Below, piece after piece: positions 52,877-64,000 of a stretch of 64,000 nucleotides of DNA (position 1 is the first letter of the stretch; the number at the start of each line of letters is the position of its first letter). The translations under genes were made by a program, and so were the position numbers. Source of the stretch: Phallusia mammillata (Eukaryota); NCBI GenBank assembly GCA_965637545.1, contig OZ281497.1, positions 19,840,001 to 19,904,000 on the forward strand. Reading direction: 5' to 3'. The notes under the pieces were generated by a model. That model saw nothing but the letters and a program-made list of their open reading frames with translations, searched no databases and was not told where the DNA came from.

Positions 52877-52928
52877 AGCTGCACTGATGAGACCTTATAG
52901 GTCGAAACAGTGTGCACTGTCTGCAGCT
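52877..52928 (+). ncRNA. Type I hammerhead ribozyme (plus strand)
   Basis: Stem I AGCTGCA (52877-83) / TGCAGCT (52922-28); core CTGATGA (52884-90); stem II GACCT-tat-AGGTC; GAAA (52904-07); stem III ACAGT-gtgc-ACTGT; GTC cleavage triplet with C17 at 52921. All conserved core nucleotides are present. Confidence 0.93.
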
Positions 52929-53128
52929 TATCATTTATTGGCTCTATGCTTTTACATGTTTAACATTTGTTGTAAACTTTTTTGTATACTTGTACACCCC
53001 AGGCTTAGGTATTTAAAAAGTTTTATTTCGCGCCTTAGTTTTCAAAAGGAAACCAAATATTGATTTTGGAAATTGTAAGATTCCTACAGTTTAATAAATT
53101 CCGAGAAGAGTCTAAACTAAAGGAAAGA

Positions 53129-54847
53129 ATGTCGAGTGTATTGGGACTATTTTGGAAGATCTTTGTTGAATTTGTGGCAGCATTTGTCCGGTAAAGTTAT
53201 GTTACTATTGTGATTTTCAGTATTTCTTATGTATACCCTATACCCTGTATACATAAGAAAATACTAAAAATCAACTACAGTAAGATAAAAAATACCTTGC
53301 ATAACACTGGTTTACACAGGTTATTTTGGAAGCCGTCGGCCAAGTCTATTCGTGGTGAAATCGCCTTGGTGACCGGAGCTGGTCAAGGCATGGGACGACT
53401 TCTCTGTTTTCGACTGGCCGAACTCGGTGCAAAGATTATAGTAGGAAAACGTTTGCGATTATGGTTCTGTATACCATATTGTCCGTCTGCTTTGGTTAAA
53501 CCAGTACTGTTGAACCTTCTTATAATCATTGCACCTAAGAATAGACGGATGAATTCTATTTAGCCCCCTTATACAAACTAAAACAACTATGCTATGCGGG
53601 AACTAAAACAAGCAAAACAAGTAAAACGTCACCCTCAGGTTAAGAACCACTAAGTTAAACATTATAGCTTATAACTAATTGATACATAGGCTGTAGACGT
53701 AAAAGAAAAGGCGAACGAGGAGACTGTGGAAATTATTAAGCAGAATGGAAGTGTTGCATTTGGATACACAGTTGATTTAAGCAATGCAAAGGAAATTCAC
53801 AGGTACCGATTTGGTAGCCAGGGATGTATATATATATATCCTTTACCATCCTTTCAATCAAAATCTGTGCCCATTTTATTACCTTGACTAGACTTGCTTC
53901 GAGAGTACGCGATGAAGTTGGTGACGTCACAATGCTCATAAACAACGCCGGTGTCGTATATCCAAACACTATACTATCGGTGACAGAGGAAATGATTTTC
54001 AACACATTTCATGTCAACGTTATTTCTCACTTTCTGGTGGGTAAATTTTTATCATAACCAGACATACTATTAGTCAAGTGTTGCAATTTGTTGCAGTTAA
54101 TCAAAGAATTTCTTCCGAGCATGAAAGAAAACAATCATGGACATATTTTTGCGATGGCATCATACGCTGGCCTGTTTGGATTACAACATATGATCGACTA
54201 CAGGTACACGTATCCAGAAATAATCATGTGTTCCCATTCAACACCCAAACTCATCAATTTGGTAAACTGTTTCCATAATATTGACATAAAAACCTCGATA
54301 TTGACAAAATGGGTTAGTTTCCTTTATCATTGCTTAATATTCTTTCCGCTATAAATTTGTTGCGAATTGTCCCAAGGTGAGGTTGAAAACTCGTTGTTGT
54401 TTTTTATATAGCGCTTCAAAGCACGCTGTAGTCGGACTTATGGAAGGACTTCGCCAAGAACTGAGAAAAGAAAACTTGGACGGAATCAATCTCACGTGTT
54501 TTTGTCCAACCTTTGTCAATACTGATATGGTTAAAAGGCCACAAACTCAACTGGGCAGCGTTTTGGTCCTTACACCAGAATACACCGTGAATGAATCCGT
54601 GGATGCAATTCTGCGCAACAAATTTTTAGTCAGTTTGCCTTCAGCCACTGTCCTCCAAATCATGAGGTAAGCAAAACTTGATATTGGTTGATCCGCTGTG
54701 TTGAATATAACCACATAAACTGGCCCTGCCACTGTTAAATGTCATTTCTTCTTTTTTTGCAGAGAAGTCATGCCAGGCGCGGTAATGGATGCACTGAGTG
54801 ATCATGCTTTGGCAGACGTAAAATTCTTTGCCGACGAAGATAAATGA
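53129..54847 (+). CDS. SDR16C-family short-chain dehydrogenase 1 (SDR16C5/RDH10/HSD17B11-like), 7 exons
   Basis: N-terminal hydrophobic anchor, TGAGQGMG, AVDV, NNAG, S, YSASK, CP; ends FFADEDK-TGA. Confidence 0.93.
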
Positions 54848-55334
54848 TTTCACATTACTGTAACCGTTAACGTAATATTCTTTGCATGGTATTTTTAATC
54901 CGCGGCTGTTCGAAAACATTTCCTATGTTGCAATATATCTCAGCTCGTGCAACGCATCAATAAACCACGCAGATACTTAGAAATCTCCATTAATCAGTTG
55001 TTTGTTTGCTAAATCAACGTTGCAATAAAAACGAATTTATGCGTTTAACTTATGCGCATGCTGTGTGCAACATTACTACTGCAGTCAACTCCACAGCAAC
55101 AGACACCATGTGCAAAAATTGTTTTTTCGTACATAGTGTGCCCTGATCGTGGTTCCGATATCAAAACTCGACTGTTCACTAAACTTCGGCGTTTGCTGGG
55201 TTACTGAGAAGGCAAAAAAATCCCTAACACGCCCAAGAAAAAGGCGACTTTGAACGCAACAAAACAAGGCAAATGCGACTGGCGACTGTATATTATAACT
55301 TATACATTGTCGGGTCAAGTCATAACCATAAAAG

Positions 55335-55568
55335 TAGTGATGCACCGAACCCGCCTGCTCGTATTTTTAGACGCAACATTTGGTAGGTTCATGACGTTTC
55401 ATTTTGGCGATATTTACACTTTTGGCATAAATTTCATAGAATTACAACAAATCAAAAAGTTCGGTTTCAGCTGAATTTTCAAAAAAAGTTCGGGCCGAAA
55501 CCGAAACATGGGAAAACGGCATATTCGGCCGAAATGTTTCAGCCAACCGAAACTTCGGTGCATCACTA
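55335..55568. mobile_element. hAT MITE
   Basis: Perfect TIR TAGTGATGCACCGAA / TTCGGTGCATCACTA; perfect 8-bp TSD CATAAAAG (55327-55334, 55569-55576); internal CCGAA/TTCGG subterminal repeats. Confidence 0.93.
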
Positions 55569-56452
55569 CATAAAAGCACTTTTTGTCGATGATTTGAAAA
55601 AACTGTTTCGATAGATCAGATATCTGCAACAGTTTAACAGAGTCTACTAACATGTCTACTAACCTAACAGAAAATGTGAGTCTACTTACAACTTGAAAAT
55701 TTTGTATTGAAATATTAACTTCAGCCAGGCCAGTTTTGATTTTTACCGGCGCGCGAGCAGTGCATAAGAAGTAAAACCACCGCAAGGTTGGGTAGCGTTA
55801 TGTTAGGGAACAATTATATAAACTTTACTTACACTTTTTTACTTAGATAAATGGTTGTTCTTGATGACGTTTTGGGTGGCCTACAAGACGATAATTAAAA
55901 TGGTGGTAAACTGGAAATATTTAAACGCAAAAAGCTTGTCCAAATTATTGGTATTGATTGTTAGATGTCAGTTGTTTGATATCACTTCTTTCAATTTGGG
56001 TTAATTTCAAGCTAATTTGCTTGTTGTGAATCATTTCTTTGCCCTTACTTTACAATAGACTGGTCCACAATATTTATTTAATTAAACTGGTGATATAAAA
56101 ATCGTACGAGCTGTTTGTGCCACGGTTATTCCCCGCTGCTTGCGAATGAAAAAATGCCGTTTGTCGGTCGCAAATCGTGCGTAACTGTACAGTCGAGATA
56201 GGCAATTATAGCCGTAAACCAGTTAATGATTGATACAGTGCTTGCTAGCTAGACTTCTTTGCAACAATTAAAGCTGATCAGATTCGTTTGCCATGTGTTT
56301 AAGTGCAATAAAACCTATGCTTAACAGATTTTGTACACGTTGCAAATTGAATTAGGCAAATAACTGGTTTTTGATAATACCCTGTGGGCAATGATTACAA
56401 CTTGACACCCAATGCCAGAAATTGTATTGTTAGGAACAGCTAGAAAGGGAAA

Positions 56453-57894
56453 ATGTCAAATGTTTTTGAATTGTTTTGGCAAATGATGGTCGGTTTTGTG
56501 TCAGCATTTATCAGGTGAACTTAAAATCAAAACCTTTCGCGTCACTAACATGCATTCCTTAAAGTGGAAGAAGCATAAACACAGGTATTATGCAGGTTAA
56601 TTTGGAAGCCGTCGGCGAAATCTATTCATGGCGAAACCGCCTTGGTGACTGGAGCTGGTCATGGGCTGGGACGACTTCTTTGCATACGTCTTGCAAAACT
56701 TGGTGCAAAGATAGTGGTAGGAAAACACGACTAACGTCTCCTTATTCCACGAAAACATGCCGCTCTTTAAAGAGGCATTCAATTTGAAGAGTAAACGCTT
56801 TCTATTTTACAGGCCGTAGATGTAAATGAAGAGGCAAATCAAGAAACAGTGGAAATACTGAAACAGAATGGGGGAATCGCATTTGGATACACAGTCGATT
56901 TGCGCAAAGCTGAAGAAATCCACAGGTAGCGATACTGTACGTAAAAATGTGCATTCAGTCAGTCGTACTTTATTTCATACAATTGTTGTACATCCTCTTC
57001 GCAATTAATAGGCTTGCTTCCAAAGTGCGCGACGAAGTCGGTGATGTTACAATGCTTATAAACAACGCCGGTATTATTTATCCAACTGACATTCTGTCGC
57101 TGACTGAAGAAATGATCTCAAACACGTTTCGTGTAAACGTTATTTCTCACTTCCTGGTGAGCACAGTCTGTCATAAACAAAAACATTCATATTGGTGGCT
57201 AAAATTGAAGCGATTTTGTTTCAGTTGATTAAAGAATTTCTCTCCAACATGAAACGGAAAAACCATGGTCACATTTTTGCTATTGCATCGTACGCTGGCC
57301 TTATCGGAAACGCATTTCTGACCGACTACAGGTAGAACACTGGAGTGAATTAGACCCGTAAACAAAGCACAGCTTTTGCGACCTAATACTTATATGGGAT
57401 AACTATAGACATATAATTGGTCTAAACTCTAAATTACAATCGTGCTATCTTGTTTGACCCAGCGCCTCAAAGCATGCAGTAGTCGGATTAATGGAAGGAC
57501 TTCGCAATGAACTCAAGCGACAAAAATTGAACGGAATTAACCTGACTTGTGTCTGCCCATCGTTCGTCTCTACTGGAATGGTACAAAACCCACGAGCTAG
57601 ACTTGGTCTTGTACCGGTGCTTACACCAGAATACACCGTGAATAAATCCGTGGAAGCACTTCTGCGCAACGAATTTTTAGTAACTCTGCCCTCGGCCACT
57701 TTCCAAAGAGTCGTGAGGTAAGGAAAAATATAACAAGTCCGATTTGTTCCGAAAAAAACATCCCGAAAATTGATCCAGTCCTTTGTCAAAACAATTTGTA
57801 TTTTTGCAGAGATCTCGTCCCAGACTCGGTAATGGACGCATTGCAAGCTTACGTTCGGGCAGAGGTGGATTTAATTGACAATGCCGACGAGTGA
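56453..57894 (+). CDS. SDR16C-family dehydrogenase 2, 7 exons
   Basis: TGAGHGLG, AVDVNE, NNAG, YSASK; ends IDNADE-TGA; same intron positions as copy 1. Confidence 0.93.
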
Positions 57895-58700
57895 TTCTGT
57901 GTGTTTTTTCTTGTGATATCATCTCCTTTCGTTATGTTGGCAACTGTTTAAAAACCATTTCAAACCTCTGAAATAAGCCCGTTAATATATTTTTGCAATT
58001 TATTTTACTACCGCTATTTTGTGTTGCTGCGCTTAAATGATTCGCATTCTATGTAAGCCTATTTTTTATTCTCCACCAAACTACAAAACCATTTTAGTAG
58101 CAAAAAGTTTCAATAGTCTTTCCTATAGCTAATACCACTCAATATATGACGTGCATGCGATTTTGTGTATGTTTGCACAGGTATTCAGTAGTTAGTTTAG
58201 ACATTCTTTTGCAGAATTATTGTCATTTTGCCAGTGCCAATAGTACAAAACTTTAATCCCTTTTCTGTAAATATTAAAAGAATCTCGTCATCATTGCACC
58301 AAATTTTAAGGAATTGACGAAAATACAATCGACCAGTCATCAAGTTTGAGGCAGACGGTGGGTAAATGCAGCAGTGCCCTTCGTTAATCATTAACAGTTT
58401 AGCGATTAAGCAAAGTACAGCAGTGGGTGGAAAACAACTCAATCAGCAAATTTTTGAAACAAGATGAAAAGTATTTATCGATTTGGCATCAAATGCAATA
58501 GACAAAATGACAGGTATAAGTTATAAGGATTGTAAAGATATAGTGTCAATGTTGGGAGTTAAAAGGACCTTGAGAACCAGCATATGTCTGTAAAAGTCAT
58601 GTAATGGATGATACGTTGAATTTGCAGACTTTTTGTAGCAATACTGTGTGATTTAGGCTAAATCTTTCTGATAAAGCATTAAAGTGGACAACAGCAAACG

Positions 58701-60789
58701 ATGTTTGAAATACTCACTCTGATGTGGAAAATCTTCCTCGGCTTTTCCGCATCTATCGTAAGGTTAATAAACGTTTGTCTCATTCTCGTTCATAACGCTA
58801 TTAGAACGTATATAACAAGTAACAATTTATTAATTTATAGGTTGTTTTGGACAAAGAAGCCAAAATCAATACGCGGGGAAGTAGCTCTCATCACTGGAGC
58901 TGGACATGGGCTGGGACAACAGATGTGTCTACGGTTTGCCGAACTTGGAGCCACAATAATTGTCAGTTGATGTTTTTCGGTGTATATACGTTCTAACCTA
59001 AGTGATTGTATGTTAATACAGGCGGTCGATGTAAATCCCTCGGCCAACGACGAAACGCTGCAGATGTTAAAGCAAAACGGTGCAAATGTATACGCGTACA
59101 CAGCAGACTTGCGAAGCCGCGACGAAATTAGAAAGTATGTACAAAGTTGCAAGTAGTCGTTGTTTGCCCAGCTCCGTTTCTCAACTAACCGGTATCGAAC
59201 CATATTTTCTAATATAGTCGCGTTGCTGTTCTCGCTGCTTACTCTTCTCTGTCCCTTATGATTTGTAAATAACCTTAGAGGTGCGACTACTGCGCTTTCA
59301 TCCCACAATATCCCATGTTTGGCTTTACATTGGCGTATATGCCCGTTTTATTGAATTTGACGGCCGAACCCGGCCCTAAATCGAACCCAACAGGAAAAGC
59401 CGGGTCCGACTTACAACCTTCGCAGTCATTTCTATGTCACTGATGGAATTTGGACCTTTTTAATGCGTAGAAATAAAATTAAATACAATAATGTTACATT
59501 GCATAATGTTTAACACATACTGTTAGTCCATAAGTTTTAACTCCAACGTAAATGTTTCACCTGCAAAGTGGCGACCTTACATGCTTTTGCAGACTTGCAT
59601 CACAGATACGTGACGAAGTTGGTGATGTAACTATGCTTGTAAACAACGCCGGGGTTATATATCCAACTGATATACTTTCATTGACTGAAGACATGATTTC
59701 AAATACTTTTAATGTCAACATTTTTGCGCACTTCTGGGTAAGTGTTCATTACTCCAAAGATATTTCTCGTGCATAAGTGTGGCAATCAATATTTTCCCTT
59801 TTCTTATTAAAGTTAATTCAAGAGTTTCTACCGTACATGAAAAAACGGAACCACGGCCATATCATAGCAACTGCGTCTTACGCCGGACTTTTTGGAGCGG
59901 CTTTCATGACAGATTATATGTATCGACAACATTGTTACACAAGTTTTTGGCGTGTCAAACAAATTAACATCAGGGTTATCTGATTGGTAAATACCTACAT
60001 ATTGCATCAAACAGTATACAGTACACGTTGTACATTATTTATTTTAAAAGTCACAATAATTAGCTCCCGGATTTTGCTTCGGGACACGCAGCTTTGTCCC
60101 TATAACACTTGTTTGATGAAGCGAAAACCTACAGTCTATATGCAGAAAACTGCTGTGGTCCAGTCGTAGGTCATCTTACAACTGCATGCGCACTTGCAGT
60201 AACCAAAATGTGTTTTGAGATCGAAATGTGCATAAACACTCAAATTGTATCATAAAAAAGCTATATGGAGGAAATAATTTACAAACGCGCTCTCCCATCG
60301 CGAGCAATGAACGTATTCTAAACCCTGATGTCAGAGCAATGTCTATACATGTTTGTTTAACTGATCTCAAACATGAGAATTGACACAACAATTACTTTTG
60401 TTCAAAGTGCAACAAAGCACGCAGTAGTTGGGTTGATGGAGGCAATTCGTAATGAGCTGCTCAGGCAAAAATTCTTTGGAGTAAAAGTGACGTGCGTTTG
60501 TCCCGGCTTCGTCAAAACTGGATTTGTAAAAAATATTAGATCTAAGGCGAAAATTCCGATTCTGACTCCAGATGAAGTGGTCGACGCAGCTATGAAAGGA
60601 ATTCTACGCGATCAATCTTTGGTGACCATTCCACCAGCGTTTTTAAGATTTTTCAGGTTTTCCACATTTTAGTAATAATTTCGTTGGCCTTAGTTTATAA
60701 ATTAAGTATGTTTTAGAGATCTGGTGCCGCACAGTGTTATGGACGCCGTCAATGCCCACGTTTCTGCAGAAGTGGACTTAGTCAAATAA
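58701..60789 (+). CDS. SDR16C-family dehydrogenase 3, 7 exons
   Basis: TGAGHGLG, AVDVNP, NNAG, YIATK; ends EVDLVK-TAA; two AAG acceptors (59812, 60407). Confidence 0.9.
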
Positions 60790-61390
60790 CTTTCCGGTTT
60801 TCTTGACGTTTAATTCTGAAAATTAGCATGTAAATGTGTTCATGTTACGACACATTATTGTCATGTTTTCTGCTTTGCTTATAAGCACGTGAATGCAAAT
60901 TAATAGACCCAAGACACCAAGTGAATCCTGGTTGTTTATACCAGTATTATAGTTTGCGATATGTTATAATGCGGACATTATTGAACTTAGAACAGAAAGA
61001 ACATTTTTCAGAAGGCAAAATAAAGTGTCCTGAATTGATTGGTTTGATGTACTTTAATTCAGTCGTGAGACGATAGTTTTTGTGGATCGCGGCAACAATG
61101 ATTTGTGAACCCATGTAGTAGACCAGTTCAGTCCAGTGGCGTAGCCAGGGAGGGGCCAAAGGAGCCATGCTTAGAAACAACAGCCTTTCAGAACAGCCGT
61201 GTATTTACCTTAACACACGGCCTAAATTTGGACTTTGCTTTGCAAAACTTTTTTGAAAGTGACTGAATAGGTTTTGTAGCTGTAAGTTTTGGTATTTTTT
61301 AAATTAAACTTGAATTTGCTTCTTTGTTTTAAGAAACCAAGTGCAATCTTCTGAACAAATTGTATCCCAAGCGCAGTCTGAAAATAAATA

Positions 61391-63304
61391 ATGTTGAGTG
61401 TTTGGGAACTGTTTTGGCGAATGACGGTTGGTTATGTGACAGCATTTTTGAGGTAAATGTATGTTAATCAATCGAGTAGTATAGGTTTAGGTGAAAAGTA
61501 ACACAAGTTTTCACAGGTTAATTTGGAAGCCGGCGGAGAAATCAATACGTGGTGAGATCGCATTGGTGACTGGAGCTGGTCATGGCTTAGGACGATTGTT
61601 TTGTATTCGACTGGCCGAACTCGGTGCAACGGTTGTGGTAGGGAAATCTTTATACGACCAGTGCCGTTTTACATGGCCACTCTTTGTAAGTGAAGGTGTG
61701 TGACATTATATGTTACAAGTGCATCCTCTACGCAGGCTGTAAACAAAAACAAAGCAAGAAATACGGAAACTGTGGAAATCCTGAAACAGATGGGGGTAAC
61801 TGCTTATGGATTTACAGCTGATTTGAGCAAAGCCAGTGAAATTCACAGGTATAAGACCGTAACTTGTAAATACATTTGTTTGTCATACACAGACATTCCT
61901 TTGCTTCATACATTTTATTCACTAGGGTTGCTTCGAAAATTCGCGAAGAAGTTGGTGATGTTACAATGCTTATAAACAACGCCGGTGTTATTTATCCGAC
62001 GGATATTTTGTCTCTAACAGAGGAAATTATTTCTAACACGTTTCATGTAAATGTTATTTCTCACTTCCTGGTGAGCACAGTCTATCACAAATAAATAAAC
62101 ATGGAGTTTTGTGCTGACTGTGATAATTTGCAGTTAATTAAAGAGTTTCTCCCCAACATGAAACAAAACAACCATGGTCACATTTTTGCGATGTCATCTC
62201 AGGCTGGCCTTATGGGAACACCATTTATGACCGACTACAGGTAAAGTATTGAATAAAATGTCAAATCTTGTGACACTGTGCATTGGATGTGTAAAGCATG
62301 GCGACTTTGTCTGAATTGATCCTTCTAATGCAGCGGTACTCAACCTGTGGGTCGCGACCCCAACTGGGGTCGCCTGATAATTTGCCTGGGGTCACTTAAG
62401 GCATGGTTCCCAACTTGTTTTAGGACATGGACCACCAGCCCAAATAAAATAAACCCATGGACCACTTTATTGTAGAGAAAGATTACAGTCAAATTAATTT
62501 AGAGACCACTAATTTTATCCTTGCGGGGTCACCGCAACTTCGCAAATGTTATCAAGGGGTCCCGGCACCAGAAAGGTTGGGAACCGCTGTTCTAATGCGA
62601 AACAACTGCGGTGCAGTCAATCACATATGGTGGTCCAAACAGGAAACCATAAAATAACATAGCAAAAATGACCATAGTGGTTTGTTCTAATGCAAAACAT
62701 TTTCGCATTAAACACTATTTGTTTTATGCTCGGGAGAATTATTTTAAATAACTGTAAGGTCACTGTTTCAAAACTGTCCAACAATGTAAACTTTGCTAAA
62801 AAACGTTCTGCATTTTGTCTCATTCCTGTCTGATTTTGCCTGATCCCTGATTAGACCCACAAAATTACTTCTTAATCCACAGCGCTTCTAAGCATGGTAT
62901 AGTCGGGTTAATGGAGGGTCTTCGTCATGAACTGAGAAGACAAAATATGGACGGAATCAAAATAACCTGCGTCTGTTCGTCGTTCGTCAGCACCTCAAAT
63001 AAGCAGTATAACTGTGCTCACACCAGAATACACCGTAAAGAAATCAGTTGATGCAATTCTGCATGACGAATGTTTTTCCACTCTGCCTTCTGCTACTTTA
63101 TGGTTTAGAATCTTCAGGTGAGAAAAAACGAGTAAAAATAGCCCCTGTTCATTTGCACTTAACATGAGACAGATGATTTAGTATTTGTAAACATGATTTT
63201 ATTGTCCATTTTGCAGAGATATTGTCCCATACGCAGTGTCGGATGCACTAAACGATTACGTTCTAGCAGAAGTAGATTTGATCGAAACTACGACTAAAAA
63301 TTGA
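61391..63304 (+). pseudogene. SDR16C-family dehydrogenase 4, frameshifted in exon 6
   Basis: Exons 1-5 intact (TGAGHGLG, AVNKNK, NNAG, YSASK). In exon 6, 19 nt (TCAAATAAGCAGTATAACT) stand where copy 2 has 42 nt, giving a premature TGA at 63049-63051; the ancestral frame resumes as VLTPEYTV... and ends at 63304. Confidence 0.8.
62331..62589. mobile_element. hAT MITE, apparently chimeric, in SDR-4 intron 5
   Basis: CAGCGGTACTCAACCT / AGGTTGGGAACCGCTG ends; perfect TSD TTCTAATG; shares GTGGGTCGCGACCCCAACTGGGGTCGC with the 40363 element; internal second TIR-like CATGGTTCCCAAC at about 62402. Confidence 0.88.
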
Positions 63305-63794
63305 TGTAATTAAACCTCTCCTTTTATTGAGCGATATCTGATCCTCTGACAGGCAGCATACTAATCGGCGATAACTTTTTTTCGAGCATAACTCTAAATC
63401 CGGAAACAGATTCCCAAGGAAACGAATCGGTCGACAATACTCAAGACAATACATATTTCGCCTATTGGCATCGTCAGTTTCTGTAAAGCATGGAGTAAAA
63501 ACAATAATAAAATGAAGATAAAACAACTACACACTAACGTTGTAGCAACTACAGATTCATACAGAATATATAAGCAACTAACTAACAAACTTCGTTGTCG
63601 TTTATCGCAGGCAGGATTTAGGTTTACAGCAGAAAATAATTAAGCACAAGTTTCTTTTGCCGTGATGAGTATGATGTCACCAATGGTACCATACATGTTT
63701 TTTGGCACAAGTTCGCTACTAAATAGAGTGATTGCTAAAAAAAAGTTTAAAAGTAAAAATGTATTTATTCTTGGCAAGCTCCAACAACTGGTAC

Positions 63795-63953
63795 GGGAAC
63801 TTGGCCGAATGGCCTGGCGCGCCTGACCCGTAAGAAAACCTGATCTGGATTCGTCCCCGGGAGAATCCGGGGTTCGAACCCCGTGAACGACAAAGGGCAA
63901 TTTTCAGTTCTCGCCGCCTGATTGTCGAAAAATACAACAAAAAAAACAAAAAA
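63795..63953 (+). mobile_element. tRNA-derived SINE (tRNA-Thr(CGT)-like head)
   Basis: A-box TGGCCGAATGG, ...CCCGTAA..., B-box GGTTCGAACCC, A-rich tail, TSD-like AACTGGTAC / AACAGGTAC (63786-63794, 63954-63962). Confidence 0.75.
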
Positions 63954-64000
63954 AACAGGTACAATAATTCTTGTTAAAATGCGCTACCTTGCAAATTTAG

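Larger units (their letters stand above)
52651..52967. mobile_element. Fold-back element with 82-bp perfect inverted repeats and a 13-14 bp target-site duplication
   Basis: Arms 52664-52745 and 52849-52930 are exact reverse complements; 103-bp spacer; ACATGTTTAACATT directly repeated at 52651-52664 and 52954-52967. Confidence 0.9.

Noticed and set aside
52664-52930. Treating the palindrome as an ordinary MITE or pre-miRNA
   Set aside because: Arms do not begin with the hAT-type ends seen elsewhere here, the duplication is 13-14 bp not 8, and the arms encode a complete catalytic core.
52446-53063. ORFs 52446-52811 and 52815-53063 crossing the palindrome
   Set aside because: No recognisable protein; the sequence is fully explained by ribozyme structure.
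22467-63304. Conserved synteny with vertebrate FABP/RDH10/SDR16C5 (human 8q) or ADAR/AQP10 (1q21) neighbourhoods
   Set aside because: The vertebrate genes are far apart or from different subfamilies (this aquaporin is AQP8-like); not testable without phylogenies.
63795-63915. Functional tRNA gene
   Set aside because: T-stem is mispaired, about 20 nt separate the T-arm from the 3' acceptor strand, and an A-tail plus TSD indicate retroposition.

Overview
AT-rich, intron-dense eukaryotic DNA with short GT-AG introns, consistent with a tunicate/ascidian-like invertebrate chordate (organism is an inference). Gene order: NTN4-like (-, runs off the left edge) head-to-head with a DOCK1/DOCK5-type Rac GEF (+, 2300-20717), which has a hidden in-frame internal first exon. 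A decayed TMEM178/claudin-family gene lies antisense over the DOCK 3' end. Then come five FABP/CRBP-like iLBP genes (one frameshifted duplicate, separated from its twin by a transposon-like relic with Ulp1 and USP protease motifs), an ADAR1-like gene with three Z-alpha-fold domains, ATP5ME (-, tail-to-tail with ADAR), a divergent AQP8-like aquaporin and four SDR16C/retinol-dehydrogenase-like genes (the last frameshifted). Several hAT MITEs, a tRNA-derived SINE and other repeats are present. The standout is 52651-52967: a TSD-flanked fold-back element whose perfect 82-bp inverted repeats each encode a complete type I hammerhead ribozyme, one per strand. All exon calls, alignments and folds were made by hand, with no database searches or folding software.
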